A stretch of 63,526 nt of DNA, filler included, from Octopus bimaculoides (GCF_001194135.2; 10 parts of 9 records of this genome joined end to end with filler, not necessarily neighbours in it), one strand, 5' to 3'. Shown: positions 26,444 to 39,912, counted from the whole stretch's first letter. The notes: generated by a model not told the origin, from the letters alone. Numbers and translations are program-made.

Positions 26444-29160
26444 TAGGGTTGCCAACCATCCTTTATTTGTCCTTGTCCTTTATTGAGATTTGAAATGACA
26501 CTATTTGTCCTTTATTTTGAAATCATTTTGACTGGTAGTTCAATTTCCTGCTCAAGATGTGATTGCAAAAGCGTTCACTTCTTGTAAGAGTGCAGACTCT
26601 GTCAACTCTGCAATCTGCATAATACCAGAAGCACAGAGTGGTAGACCGCAGACCGGTGTGTAAAATTAACGTCATTTTATGTGTAACTCAATTCTCCATT
26701 TCAAAAAAAGGCACTCATCTTGGGAAAACGAGAAAATCGTAAACTATGTTACTAAATATGAGAATCACCACCAAGAAAAAAGAAAGGAAAAATCAATAGA
26801 GAAAGAAAGGAGATGCTGTTGGACGTTTGGAAAGGCAATACCTCCGCCTGAACTGAACTAGGACTCATGAAAGAAGAACCAAAACAAATCTGGCATATTA
26901 TACAACAAGGCCCTTCACAAAATCGAGCCATAATTTGTTATAAATACCAGAAGAACAGTGAAATCTATGTGAGAAAACTTGTAATAGTAGTGCCAATTTA
27001 TTGAAAGTGTGTTTTCGAGAAATGATAATTTTTACATTGTTACAAGAATGTACTGATTAGGCCCAACTTTTCAAGTGCTAGCATTTCGATTTCAGTTCAC
27101 ATTTCAAGTTATGCGCCTTTTAGATACATGTTTGTTGGGTCATATAGTCTCTTTTTGCTTAATATTGTCATGGTTGGTGAAAAATTATAATTAGTAATTA
27201 TTATTTTCAAATTCAATACAGCTAGTGACATTATCGTGAGCCTGTGAGGCCCAGTGCTTGTTGCTTGTTCAGTTGGATGCTAGTTCTCTTGCACCCCCCA
27301 TTAAATGGCCAAGAAGTAGGCTAGAGAATATTTCTTTAAGTAAGTTAATTTCAGGAGTTTGAAGTTATAAGAAATTCTGGACTTTATGCGCTAGCATAAT
27401 TTGCTTTTTCAGAAGCTAATAGACTTACCATAGCCTAAGTTATATTCGCATATTATTTGATATCTCTTCTAAGGGTGTCTGTGCGAGTGTGCGGATATGA
27501 GTTATCATTGACCTTTTCTTGACCTGCTTGAAGTGCATGCATCGACTCTAGACCTTGTTTCACAACATATATTTTATTTCAATGCTAAAACAATTATTTT
27601 CTTTCACAGGGTTTTAATACATTAGTAAGGCGCGACTGCAGCGACTGCTTAATATTCTGTAGTGAAAAAGAAGAGATTGTGCTCATATAACAAAGACTGG
27701 GAAAAGGAGTATGAATGGTTGGCAGCAACTAATAATCCACAAGAGACAAAGAACATTATTTGTAATAGTACCTTTAAAATTGGCTATATGGGTGTTGTAG
27801 CTATCAAACAACATAAAAACTTCTGATAGTCATTAAAATAACTGCAATGCTTCAGCTTCCAAATCTTTAATTGATAAATTTTTTGCAAAAGCCAATACAA
27901 AAAAAAGAAGTAGCTCAAATATATCATGCAGTTAAACACAATCATTCCTACAATAGCTTGAAATTGAATTCAAAACTTTACCAGGATTCCAAAATAGCTG
28001 GAAAGATATCTTGTGGTCGGACCAAATTGGAGGCCATAGTTACGAATGTGTTAGGTAAAAAAGCATTAGAAGTAGCATTGAAAGATCTGAAACAACATGA
28101 TCCTCCTCTATATTTTTGCCTTCACATTGATGCTTCTAACCACAAAAACAGGAAAATGTTTCCCGTATGTGTTCAATATTTCAATATGGAATATGGTGCA
28201 GTGAATTACATTATTGACTTCTTTTGAGAATGCTGATGAAAGTGCAGATGGAATGTTTAGATGTTTGAGAAAGACTATGAACAATTTGCATCTTGATTGG
28301 GAAAGAGTTTCATGCTTTAATGCAGATGATGCAAATTGCAATTTTGGAATAAAGCATTCTTTATATACCAACATTCTCACTAAATGACAGTGTTCTTAAA
28401 GCTAATTGCAATGCGCACATTTTACATAATTCAGTAAAAGGTGCTTTGGAAAACTTGAATGTAGATGAAGAAAATATTATCATAAAGATATATGGACATT
28501 TTTCAGTATCAGCAAAAAGAACTGAAACTCTTAAAGATTTTCATTTATTTGTAGAGACAGAATATGGAGAGATTCTTCGACATATACCTACTAGATGGTT
28601 ATCACTGTGGCCATGCATTGAAAGAATTTTACTTTCTTGGAAAGCTTTGAGTTCCTATTTCTTAAAAAGACCAACTGATTGCTCTTTCCATTGATAATGA
28701 TTCCACAGAAATACCCAAATTATTCGCAACATGTAATGGAAGTATTAAAATTATTGATTAAAGAACTTGAAAAGACTGAAACTACAGCGGTAGATATTTT
28801 CAATATCATGACAGATTTAAGAAACAAGTTAAGATCACGATATGCAGAATTTCTCAGCTATCAAGTTTAACAACAATTGAAAAATTTAGATACTGATGAG
28901 GCTCGAAAGATAGTTGAAGACTTAGAATTTTTTATTACTTCTGCCATCACATATTTGGAAAACAGAATAGATTTCGATGAAAATTCAACATTTGGCAAAT
29001 TATCACATCTAAGTTTCTTAGGCCATTAATTTCCAAAGTTTCAGAAATTTGTAGAAGTAGTAGAATATTTGGAGCTAGAAGGAAAGCTTAAATTAAAGAT
29101 GGATGAACTTTTTGATGAAGTAGTATTAATTCCAAGAAACTTTGACATTATCAAAAGCTC
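26444..29160 (+). mobile_element. hAT-superfamily (Blackjack/Tip100-like) transposon with transposase pseudogene; right end not seen
   Basis: Left end TAGGGTTGCCAACC at 26444 with subterminal GTCCTTTATT repeats. Frameshifted transposase at about 27668-29160: YNKDWEKEYEWL..FKIGYMG..IKQH (zinc-finger-like), LHIDASNH (D1), NADDANCN (D2), CNAHILHN (CxxH) and IPTRWLSL. No C-terminal dimerisation motif. Confidence 0.85.
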
Positions 29161-30387
29161 TGAGCTCTTCATAAGCTCAAAACAACAAGCAGAAAGTGAC
29201 ATTTTATTTTAAAATAGAAGTAGAAATAACAGTGACAATGGCAATTATGAGGATAATAGTGATATGCTTAATCCTGCCAACCATAATTTTAACCAACAAA
29301 TAGAATGTAGCAGTATTGATGTTGAGAGTATAATTGAAGTAGATATATATATATATGAATGCCAATAGGCATGAAAGCATACTAGCCTTTGTATATTTAA
29401 TACTCAATATTTCATATATTCAATAAGACATTCAATACTTCATTTCATTTTACTATTTATTTTATATATTCCATATTCTATATCCCACATTAATTTTATA
29501 AGAATATAAATAAAACATAAAAAACAGACAGAGCTGGAACTCTTTTAAATAATATATATATATATATATATAAAGCTGAAGTTGTGTGTCTGTGTGAAGC
29601 CTTTTTAAAAGTTTATAGAAATCCACATTTTCCACTTTTTCGTAAAAATTTTTACATCAATGGAATTTTCTCGATGTGAACTTTCTAGTGCAGTAATTAG
29701 ATTTTTAAATTCCGTTTACTTTGTGTGGTTTAAGGGAGATTTGGCTGTTGTTTCTAGCAACNNNNNNNNNNNNNNNNNNNNNNNNNNNNNNNNNNNNNNN
29801 NNNNNTTAATTAATTAANNNNNNNNNNNNNNNNNNNNNNNNNNNNNNNNNNNNNNNNNNNNTGATTGGTTGAAATTACAGAAATACGACAACTTGGAATA
29901 ATTTATGGATTTCTTTTTTTTTTAAGAAGACTAAGAGAAAAAGATGTTTTATATGACACATTCTACCAGTGTTCCAAGTTTCAAAGTGTTTCGTTAATGA
30001 AAAATGTGGCCCCCGTTTTAAAAAAGATCCTAATTTCCTTAATATGATAGTAATTAATTATCGTGTAAATTATCATACATGCTTACAAGCTTAGTTTGAA
30101 TTCAGAAAGGTAACGATCGAGATCCATGATTCGAACCCGATTAACTATAACGGTGATTCGAACCCGATTAATTTCACTTCGCTTTCGAAGTCAGAATGGT
30201 ATATATTAACGCGATGACAACATGGAGGAAGGGAGTAAAAGAATAAGGAAATGGAAAGAAATTAAAAAAGAGAAGCATAAAAGTTCATAGTTCAACTTAC
30301 CGAAGTTTGCAATCCTGCATACATTCATCTACCTGCCTGCCTACCTTTCTATCTATCTATCTATCTACCTATCAGCCTGTCTGATAG

Positions 30388-30634
30388 ACCTGGGCTGAGG
30401 TGGTGAGGCAAGACCTTCGAACATTGGGCCTCACCGAGGCGATGACTACTGACCGAAACCTTTGGAAATGTGCTGTGCGTGAGAAGACCCGGCAAGCCAA
30501 GTGAGATCGTTGCCAGGGCCCCTGGACTGGCTCTTGTGCGGGTGGCACATAAAAGACACCATTTCGAGCGTGGCCGTTTTTGTGCGGGTGACACATAAAA
30601 GCATCCACTACACTCTCTGAGTGGTTGGTGTTAG
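30388..30634 (+). mobile_element. 5'-truncated RTE-clade LINE 3' end
   Basis: TWAEVVRQDLRTLGLTEAMTTDRNLWKCAVREKTRQAK* (30388-30504), then a 3' UTR nearly identical to 48844-48955. Confidence 0.85.
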
Positions 30635-32719
30635 NNNNNNNNNNNNNNNNNNNNNNNNNNNNNNNNNNNNNNNNNNNNNNNNNNNNNNNNNNNNNNNNNN
30701 NNNNNNNNNNNNNNNNNNNNNNNNNNNNNNNNNNNNNNNNNNNNNNNNNNNNNNNNNNNNNNNNNNNNNNNNNNNNNNNNNNNNNNNNNNNNNNNNNNNN
30801 NNNNNNNNNNNNNNNNNNNNNNNNNNNNNNNNNNNNNNNNNNNNNNNNNNNNNNNNNNNNNNNNNNNNNNNNNNNNNNNNNNNNNNNNNNNNNNNNNNNN
30901 NNNNNNNNNNNNNNNNNNNNNNNNNNNNNNNNNNNNNNNNNNNNNNNNNNNNNNNNNNNNNNNNNNNNNNNNNNNNNNNNNNNNNNNNNNNNNNNNNNNN
31001 NNNNNNNNNNNNNNNNNNNNNNNNNNNNNNNNNNNNNNNNNNNNNNNNNNNNNNNNNNNNNNNNNNNNNNNNNNNNNNNNNNNNNNNNNNNNNNNNNNNN
31101 NNNNNNNNNNNNNNNNNNNNNNNNNNNNNNNNNNNNNNNNNNNNNNNNNNNNNNNNNNNNNNNNNNNNNNNNNNNNNNNNNNNNNNNNNNNNNNNNNNNN
31201 NNNNNNNNNNNNNNNNNNNNNNNNNNNNNNNNNNNNNNNNNNNNNNNNNNNNNNNNNNNNNNNNNNNNNNNNNNNNNNNNNNNNNNNNNNNNNNNNNNNN
31301 NNNNNNNNNNNNNNNNNNNNNNNNNNNNNNNNNNNNNNNNNNNNNNNNNNNNNNNNNNNNNNNNNNNNNNNNNNNNNNNNNNNNNNATATATATATATAT
31401 ATAGATAGATAGATAGATAGATATATAGATAGATAGATAGATAGGTAGGTAGGTAGGTAGGTAGGTAGGAAGGTAGAGATACAAGCAGATAGCTAAACAG
31501 ATATATAAATGGAAGATATCATGCATATGACCAACATAGCATAGATGTAAGTTAGACACTCTTTATCCTTATTTTGCTTTTGTGTAACAGCGCTACGTTT
31601 ATAGTGGAATAATGCCATCACGTTTGTAAAATGGGTCACATAGGTAAAGGTAGCTAAGGTGTTTTAGGAACAATGAATGTAGGTTAATAGCATGGCTAAG
31701 ATTTCATCTAAAGAAAATTACATTTTGTCAGCATGGAATTTCAATGTTTGTGTTGTTGCCTTTTCTCAACCCACGCTTCATTTAACAGACCTATATTCGG
31801 TGGCTCTCCACCCACAGCCTCGGATCACTCAAAGCCCTGTGAGTGGATTTGGTAAGCCTGTCGGATATGAAACGTAATGGATGTGTCTGTATGAGTGAAT
31901 ACAAATACATAAAGCTGAACAGGCTCGCATGCACATACATATATGACTATGAGCACATCTAGATATGCAAGTTTATGCATGAGAACATACATGAAACAGA
32001 ACATACAGATCTGCACATATACATTCATGCATACAAACAAAAATATCGTTGTTAATGTTGAAATTCCAATGAAGGTGCCTTGGATCTAGGTTAGAAACCA
32101 GTTCTTCCTTTATTGGCCTTGAAATAAAACTGAAGAACAACATACATTGTGAGACTTGTGTTTCACTGTTGAAGCCATGAACATGAAAGTAAGTGGGTGC
32201 ATCCATAAAGTTTTTATAGCAATTAACAAACAACCAGTGACAGAACTGATGCCAAAACAATTGGTTGCTCTACAGTTGATTGCCCGATAGAGTTATACTT
32301 AAATATTCATCGTCTGCAAAATCTTGAGGCTTTGCTTTCTTTCTGTTAGCACGTATTCTTTTATTTCTTACTTGTTTCTGTCATTTGACTGCGGTCATGC
32401 TGGGGCACTGCCTTAAAAGGTTTTTAGTTGAAGAAATCGATTGCAGGACTGATTCTTTGTAAACCTAGTACTTATTCTATATCGGTCTTTTTTGTTGAAC
32501 CGTTAAGTGACGGGGATGTAAGCACACCGACACTGGTTGTCAAGCATTGGCCGGAAGACAAACATAAATACAAAGACACGCACATAAATATAATTATCTA
32601 AATGGAAAGACTTCCATTTGTACCCCCTCCCCTATAAAATTTTTAAAAACTATTAGACATGGTTGAAAGTTGATTTCCTACCATGTCTTATAATAATCCT
32701 TTCCACTTACACACAAGGC

Positions 32720-32900
32720 CTGAAATTTTGTGGGAGGGGGCCCAGTCGATTAGATCAATCCCAGTATGCAACAGGTACTTACTTTATCGACCCCAAAAGG
32801 ATGAAAGGCAAAGTCGACCCCGGCAGAATTTGAACTCAGAACATAAGGACAGACGAAATGCCACTAAGCATCTCACCTGGTGTGCTAACGATTCTGCAGC
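32720..32900 (-). mobile_element. tRNA-derived SINE family C (other copies near 3945-4270, 14690-14850, 33705-33830, 50150-50530)
   Basis: Shared GTCGACCCCAAAAGGATGAAAGGCAAAGTCGACC..AATTTGAACTCAGAAC..GAAATGCC.CTAAGCAT. Confidence 0.8.
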
Positions 32901-33869
32901 CTGCTGCCTTCCCATGTCTTATAATAATGATGAAAAAGGCCAAAAATCTTTCGGAGATTGTTGCGTGATTATATTTTCATTGTTTAAGTCTGCTGTTCGT
33001 GATTATATTTCTTTGTTTTGTATATCTTTTCCCTCTTATCTTTTACTTGTTTCAGTCATTAGACTGTGGCCATCCTGGAGCACCACCATGGAAAATTTAT
33101 AGCTGAATGTATCGACCCCAGTACGTTTTTTTTTTTTTTTGTAAAGACAAAAAAAAATAATAGCTGGAAAAAAATAACCAATAACTGAAACGATTAANNN
33201 NNNNNNNNNNNNNNNNNNNNNNNNNNNNNNNNNNNNNNNNNNNNNNNNNNNNNNNNNNNNNNNNNNNNNNNNNNNNNNNNNNNNNNNNNNNNNNNNNNNN
33301 NNNNNNNNNNNNNNNNNNNNNNNNNNNNNNNNNNNNNNNNNNNNNNNNNNNNNNNNNNNNNNNNNNNNNNNNNNNNNNNNNNNNNNNNNNNNNNNNNNNN
33401 NNNNNNNNNNNNNNNNNNNNNNNNNNNNNNNNNNNNNNNNNNNNNNNNNNNNNNNNNNNNNNNNNNNNNNNNNNNNNNNNNNNNNNNNNNNNNNNNNNNN
33501 NNNNNNNNNNNNNNNNNNNNNNNNNNNNNNNNNNNNNNNNNNNNNNNNNNNNNNNNNNNNNNTAACAGGGACTATATACTCAATGAGTACATTATCTTTT
33601 TTTAAGAGTTAGGTATCAGTTTTATTGGAATATAACACGTTTGGAAAGGATGTATATGTAATACAAATGGAAAAAATAACAAAGAAACTAAAAAAAAGCA
33701 CAAGGCCAGCAATTTCGGGGCAAAGTTGACCCCGGTGGAATTTGAACTCAAAACGCAAAGTCGGAAGAAATGCCGCTAAACATTTTTCCGGCGCGGAAAT
33801 GATTCTGCCAATTCGCCGCTTTACGGATACAATATATTGCACGATACTACATAGTATTCCTGGATGTCT

Positions 33870-34040
33870 GGAAACCGGAAAAGAGGTCCCGTACTGTACT
33901 TCAAATGGTTAGAAGAAATTTAAACAAGTTTCATTCATAAATTTCTCTGCCGAAATGTGATTTCTATATGGCATGATTCGAAAGTACGGCTTATGAATAT
34001 CAATGGAGCTAGCTTTCATGGCGGATGTGACGTCACAGTG
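33870..34040 (+). promoter_or_regulatory. Candidate housekeeping-type promoter
   Basis: ETS-like CCGGAA (33875-33880), YY1-like CATGGCGG (34017-34024) and a perfect 12-bp palindrome TGTGACGTCACA containing a CRE/ATF site (34026-34037). Locally CpG-richer unique sequence followed by a strong donor. Confidence 0.55.
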
Positions 34041-34174
34041 TACTGAAGTCTGTTAGAAGTGAATCGCTGTCGTCCACTCCATTATTGACCCTCACCATTG
34101 CATACATAACAACAACATACATCAATAATACTAGGTAGGTGATACGATATTCTATTTGAACTACTGAACAACAG
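34040..34174 (+). other. Candidate non-coding first exon (start approximate)
   Basis: No ATG after the CRE; ends in a consensus donor CAG|GTAAGG at 34174/34175 (alternative TAG|GTAGGT about 40 nt earlier). Confidence 0.4.
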
Positions 34175-34425
34175 GTAAGGTTACTGAATTTGTACATAAC
34201 GACCTCTGGCAAAAATGAAGACTCACCTAGACACTAAAAGCTGGGTGGCCCTCAATGTCTACAAAACTTCTAAACTATGGCATTGTGTTTATTGTTGATA
34301 AGGTATATCTTAAAACAATAATTCAGTCGGGTTAATGAGCCTTAGTAATTATAGGATTCTTTATTAGCTTAAAAAACATATTATTTACGCTACCTATGTG
34401 GATTCCGAATATATACAAAAATTTC

Positions 34426-34561
34426 GGTAATTTTTCAGATTAACATCCGCACGATCTTCACTAGGGTTTTAGGTTCGGGGTTACGGTTAGGGACGAATTC
34501 CCTAACCCTAACCCCCAACACTCTAGTGAAGATCGTGCGGATGTTAATCTGAAAAATTACC
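34426..34561. repeat. Near-perfect palindrome with telomere-like core
   Basis: 39-bp perfect arms (34426-34464 / 34523-34561) enclosing GGTTAGGGA-cgaat-TCCCTAACCCTAACC. Confidence 0.9.
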
Positions 34562-35010
34562 AAAATTTCTACGACGTGTTGTTTAATGTCTATAAAAGAC
34601 ACCATAAAATAGTAATTACCTCAGTTTAATTAAATCATGGTTGTAATTTGGGTGAATGTAGCATGTCGTTTGTTTGTGGTCCCTGTTAAACCATCCAACC
34701 CATACCAGCATGGAAGGTGGACGTTAAACGATGATGATAATGATGGTGAATTCAGTATTGTTTATTAAAACGACTATATGGAAAAATAATTAACTTTATA
34801 ATTGCTAATTAGATGCTGTTTATACTTTGTACCTGGGGTTAAACAACGCCAAAGGTCAAGCTGGTCTTTAAAATTCTGATTCTTTTACTAGTTCCAGTCG
34901 TTTGACTGAGGCCATGCTGGAGCACCACCTTGGAGGCTTAGTGCTTAGTGCTTATTCTATCGGTCTATTTTGCTGGACCACTAAATTACGGGTACATAAA
35001 CACACACACA

Positions 35011-35340
35011 CATATAGCCAGAGGGGAAGCAGATAAGGAAAGATTTGCCAATGTTCTGCGCCGTGAGGACCAAAGACTCGAGGTATTTCGTGTTGCAAGA
35101 CAGTGTAGGAGAGAGAATAGTGATGTTGTAGGAGAGAAATGTGTTCGCATGGATGATGGTACGCTTGCATTAAATGAGGATGCAAAGAAAGAGGTCTGGA
35201 GATGCCACTACGATAGATTGCTTAATAAAGAGAATGAATGGGAGAAAGAGAGCCTGCCGTATGTCGACCCAATAGAGGGACCAGCTATCCGAGTCGATAG
35301 TACCAGGGTAGATAAAGCAATTAAGAGTATGAAGACCGGG
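35011..35340 (+). mobile_element. RTE LINE ORF2 fragment (linker upstream of RT), cut by a gap
   Basis: Open frame ARGEADKERFANVLRREDQRLEVFRVARQCRRENSDVVGEKCVRMDDG..WRCHYDRLLNKENEW..VDKAIKSMKTG; abuts the (CA)n of a SINE. Confidence 0.85.
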
Positions 35341-37129
35341 NNNNNNNNNNNNNNNNNNNNNNNNNNNNNNNNNNNNNNNNNNNNTTAATTAATTAANNNN
35401 NNNNNNNNNNNNNNNNNNNNNNNNNNNNNNNNNNNNNNNNAAATTGAAAGAGAGAGATAATGCCTAATTCTACGCATGCATGAAACATGGGACGAAAGTT
35501 CTTCAGTTCTTAACACCTTTTGGGAATCAAAATCTGAAATACAAAAATACAAAATACAATCAGAAAAGTGCACAGTAACTTTCCAAACATACTGTATAAC
35601 ACATGCACATGTATGTACACACACATACACACTCGCACACATATAGAACACATCAACTGGAGGACTTACATCTAACTCATAGTTTTCATTTTTGGCTTGG
35701 TTTCTACAGCTGAATTTCCTGACAATCACAAATGAATTTACATACTGTACTGTATGTATGCAAGTTATAATAGTACTAACACTTGAGAATTCGGTGCTTA
35801 AAATTAAAGAAACTCTCATTCACTATGACATCATGTTGCTTCTGCTCTTTTGCTATCCTCTTAAAAGAGTACAGGCTACATTTCACTCTGGCCCCAACAT
35901 CAGTAAAGTTCCTATACACTCAGTAGGGCCAAAGAATCTGCATTACTCTACATATATCTGTTCATTGAAAGCAACATATTCGAGAGGGTGAACAGCAGTA
36001 AGAGTGATGACAGAAGAACTGGTGTGGTTTATATAAAAAGAGTGAGATTATGATGGAGTAATTAGGGGGAGAAGTATAATTGTTATGAAAAGGGTTGGCA
36101 GGTGTTTAACTGATGGTGAGAGAGAGAGAGAGATCAAGTGATGGATTATAATAAAGATGGTAAGAGAAATTGATGTATTTTGATAGCAGTGGCCTTGAGA
36201 AAAGGGAAAGATGGCTGGTGTCACAGGAAAGATGAAGGTGGGTTGTATTGGATATATTGGATACAAACATATCTAATGTAGTCTTTCATACACCAATGTC
36301 ATGATAAGAAAGAGAGAATGTTGTAATAAGGATGGTGGTAGGGGTAGATTGAATACAGATGAGTCCAGTGCCGTCTGTTGTCCCACAAACACCATGGTGC
36401 ACTGAATGAGAGAGAAGGTGAACAGAGATAGAATGAGAGTCCATCAGAGATGAGAAGGTTGGACATACCCAATGCTGTACCTAGTTACACATGCAGCATA
36501 GTACAGTGAATAGGAGAGAGAGGAGTGGGGTGAGAGAAAGATGAGAGTTGTCCAACAGCAAAAGAAGGCATATTTTAGAGTTTGTTATTCACTGTTTAAA
36601 TAGGGAGTGTTTAATTATAAACACACACATGCAAACACTAACACACATCCCCCACACACACATACATATACCCATACATAAATACATACATAGAGAGATG
36701 TACACACATACATATACACACATAAACATGTACACACTTAAACATATACACACATAAACAGTACCTTACATATATATACACGCAGAGAAACACATATACA
36801 TGTATTCATTCACATATACATACACACACACACACAATAACCAGGAGGAGAATTATGTAGATCAAGAATAAAGAAAAGGCAAGAAAGTGTGAGGGCAGTT
36901 GCTATGGCATTGAAGTAGATTCAGCCACCCCCGTTAATGGGGACAAAACCTGGATTTAAAACACGGGATGATGATGATTATGCAATACATTTGTACAAAC
37001 AGTACATATTACAATATGTTCCTAATGTACGTATATTAACAGCCAATATAGGAGCTAAACACAGTGGGGAATAAACAACTAACTACCTAAATTTCCATGA
37101 GAAAAATATATTTGGGGATCAGTAGACAT

Positions 37130-37560
37130 TATGTAACAGGTTTAAGGTATGCTAATGCTCTTCTAGTATGATGCAAACAGTTAAGCCTCAGTTTGGTTTT
37201 TCTATTAAGTAGGTTATCTTGATATTTTAATGTTTCATACAGTTCAATGCAGCTTATTCTGCAGCTGTACCTGACATTTGAATATGGTAAGGCTCTCCTA
37301 ACTATACTCCAGGCAATCTCAAATTGAGTATTATTGTCCTTTAGTTCCCACATCTTTTCTGTAAGGGATGTTTGTTAGCTTTATGATGGTGTCTAAAGGA
37401 CAAGAGGTGATTACACAATCTCAATTTGAAGTCACATGAAGACACATCTATGTAGGTAAAAGTGTTAGCACAGGTTTTTATATAACATCTATAAACAATA
37501 TTGTTAGTCAGGAAGGCCCCTCTAAGTGGACAATTACTTCGGTCCTGAGAGTTGCATTTT
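37130..37560 (-). pseudogene. Penelope-like element GIY-YIG endonuclease remnant
   Basis: Frameshifted minus-strand peptides: KCNSQDRSNCPLRGAFLTNNIVY, FKLRLCNHLLSFRH, WELKDNNTQFEIAWSIVRRALPYSN and LLNRKTKLRLNCLH. These match the PLE Cys-rich linker, GIY-YIG domain and C-terminal pattern. Confidence 0.8.
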
Positions 37561-37689
37561 TTGGAGCCATGCCATTACTACTCATGTCACCATTATTGTT
37601 ATTAAAATGGATAGAAAGCATGAAACATAGCATTTCCAGAACTCAGTTTTGCTGAGGGGAGCAGGTCTTCTCAAGAACATCATATCACC

Positions 37690-37880
37690 TGAGAATCCAG
37701 TACTTTGCCATCTCCTCTGTCGGTTTCTAAGGTCAGCCTTCACCATTTCATCCCATGTCTTCCTGAGTCTCCCTCTACTGTAAGTTCTAGCCAGGGTTTA
37801 GCTTCATTACATGATAGCTTGAACAAGTATCATCTTCTATAGACATGGGCTAATACCTTTTGAGTGGAAACTAAGAAGTC
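37690..37880 (-). mobile_element. Old RTE LINE C-terminal remnant
   Basis: Minus-strand RGRLRKTWDEMVKADLRN. Confidence 0.65.
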
Positions 37881-38268
37881 TGTCAGACACAAACACACAC
37901 ACACATGTAAGAAAAAGATATTTGCTTACATTTTCTGATAAGCAGACGGCTTGTAATTTCAATTCTCAAAGTGTGCAGACCACTGGAATGAAAAGTAAAT
38001 ACCTTACTTGGAAAACAGGTAAGGGTTTGCAATTGGAAGGGCATCCACTTTAAGAAAATGTGCATGTTTCAATCCACCTCATGCCAACTAGCATTTCTGT
38101 GTATGAATATATGTATGTATGTATATAAAATATATATATGTATATGAAGGGTGTAAACTTGTTAGACAAATATGACCATCGCTGATACATGGAGGCATCT
38201 TTCCTCTCTCCATCTTTCTTTCTCTTTGACTATCTTCTGTTTTGTACATTTCTTCCACACTTTCACAG

Positions 38269-38461
38269 CAGGTGAACCGGCATCAGAGAAAGAGCAACAA
38301 CATGCTGCACAACTGCTTCAGAAGGCATACCAAGCCCGACAGACAGCAGTGAGTATGGCTAAGCAATTACTGCAGAAACTGGACCGCAGTTGTGGTATTA
38401 ACACTCACCAGAACTGTTCACCTCGGCCGTGGGATGAAATGTCAACAAACCACACTGTCAG
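38269..38461 (+). CDS. Internal coding exon of an unidentified protein (phase 1 to phase 2)
   Basis: Long polypyrimidine tract, tandem CAG/CAG acceptor and donor CAG|GTAAAC. Only one frame is open: (A)GEPASEKEQQHAAQLLQKAYQARQTAVSMAKQLLQKLDRSCGINTHQNCSPRPWDEMSTNHTV. GC-richer than its flanks; family not recognised. Confidence 0.7.
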
Positions 38462-39049
38462 GTAAACATCATCAGTTCATTTGCTCTCATCATCGATTAC
38501 TCTTACCCTCAAGCTTGGTTTCACATACCTTTTGCATATCTTTGTATGTGTGTGTGTGTGTATAACAAAAAAAAGGGGATTAAAAAATCCAGGCAGATAT
38601 CAATAAAGCACTCAGTTTTGAATGAATTTGGTTAACAATATCCAACAATCAGACACAAATAAATGCAAGGAGAAAACACATCCAAAGTAACTCTTCATAT
38701 ATGACAAGCAAATCCAAATATCATTTAGAAGAAGTTTGAAAAAATCACATCTATAATTGTTATGTGAATAATAGTCAAACTGATGTAGGTGTTACCAAGT
38801 GTGTCTATTCAAAAAGTTAGAACAAAAGTCAAATACATATAAAAGTTAACAATTGTGTATGCTCAAATATTGGTAGAAGGTTACTCATGGTGTGTACAAT
38901 AGGTTAGTTATTTAGGTTGATTGGTATAAAATGATACTAAATATAGGTGTAATGCATGTGTGTGTGTACATAAGTATAAATATACATATGTGCAATGGTA
39001 TATTATGTGTATACATTTAAATGCATGTAACTAATTCTGAATGTCCCTG

Positions 39050-39098
39050 ACGAGAATGGGCCCCAACTACGCGAACCTGTTCGTTGGTTATGTTGAGG
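39050..39098 (+). pseudogene. Penelope-like reverse transcriptase fragment, cut by a gap
   Basis: TRMGPNYANLFVGYVE matches the PLE RT motif G.AMG..MGP.YA.LF.G..E. Confidence 0.7.
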
Positions 39099-39912
39099 NN
39101 NNNNNNNNNNNNNNNNNNNNNNNNNNNNNNNNNNNNNNNNNNTTAATTAATTAANNNNNNNNNNNNNNNNNNNNNNNNNNNNNNNNNNNNNNNNNNNNTA
39201 TATATATATATATATACGTATATGTATATATATATATATACGTATATGTATATATATATACGTATGTATATATATATACGTATATGTATATATATATATA
39301 CGTATGTATATATATATATATGTATATATATATATACGTATGTATATATATACGTATATGTATATATATATATATATACACGAGTGTGTATATGTATATA
39401 TATACGTGTATGTGCATACATATGTATGTATATATATATATGTAGGTATATAGATATGAATATATACATGTGCGTGTATGTGTAAATATATATATATACT
39501 TCCGGTGCAAATAGTTTTGTTAGTGGTGTCGAGTACTACAATTTTGTAAAATAATAATTGTATTTTTTTATAAGCTTATAGCGATCACCATGCAAATAAC
39601 AAAGGAAAATAGTCTAAGAATGGAGCATATAAGCCTTCTACCAAAAAAAAGTAAGCTTTCCCGTACATGTTGGATAAGCCTACTTTTTTCTGACAAGAGT
39701 TTATGCCCTATTATTTGACTATTTCCCATCGTCATTTGCACGGTGATCATTATAAGTCTTAAGCTTATTAAAACAAATAAAATTATTATTTATAGAATCG
39801 TAAAACTTGATGCTGCTTAACAAAACCATTCACAATGAAAGCACATAAAGTTTGTTTACAAAATCAACTATGAACTGATATAGTTCTTAAATTTGACAGA
39901 AAGGAGCAGGCT

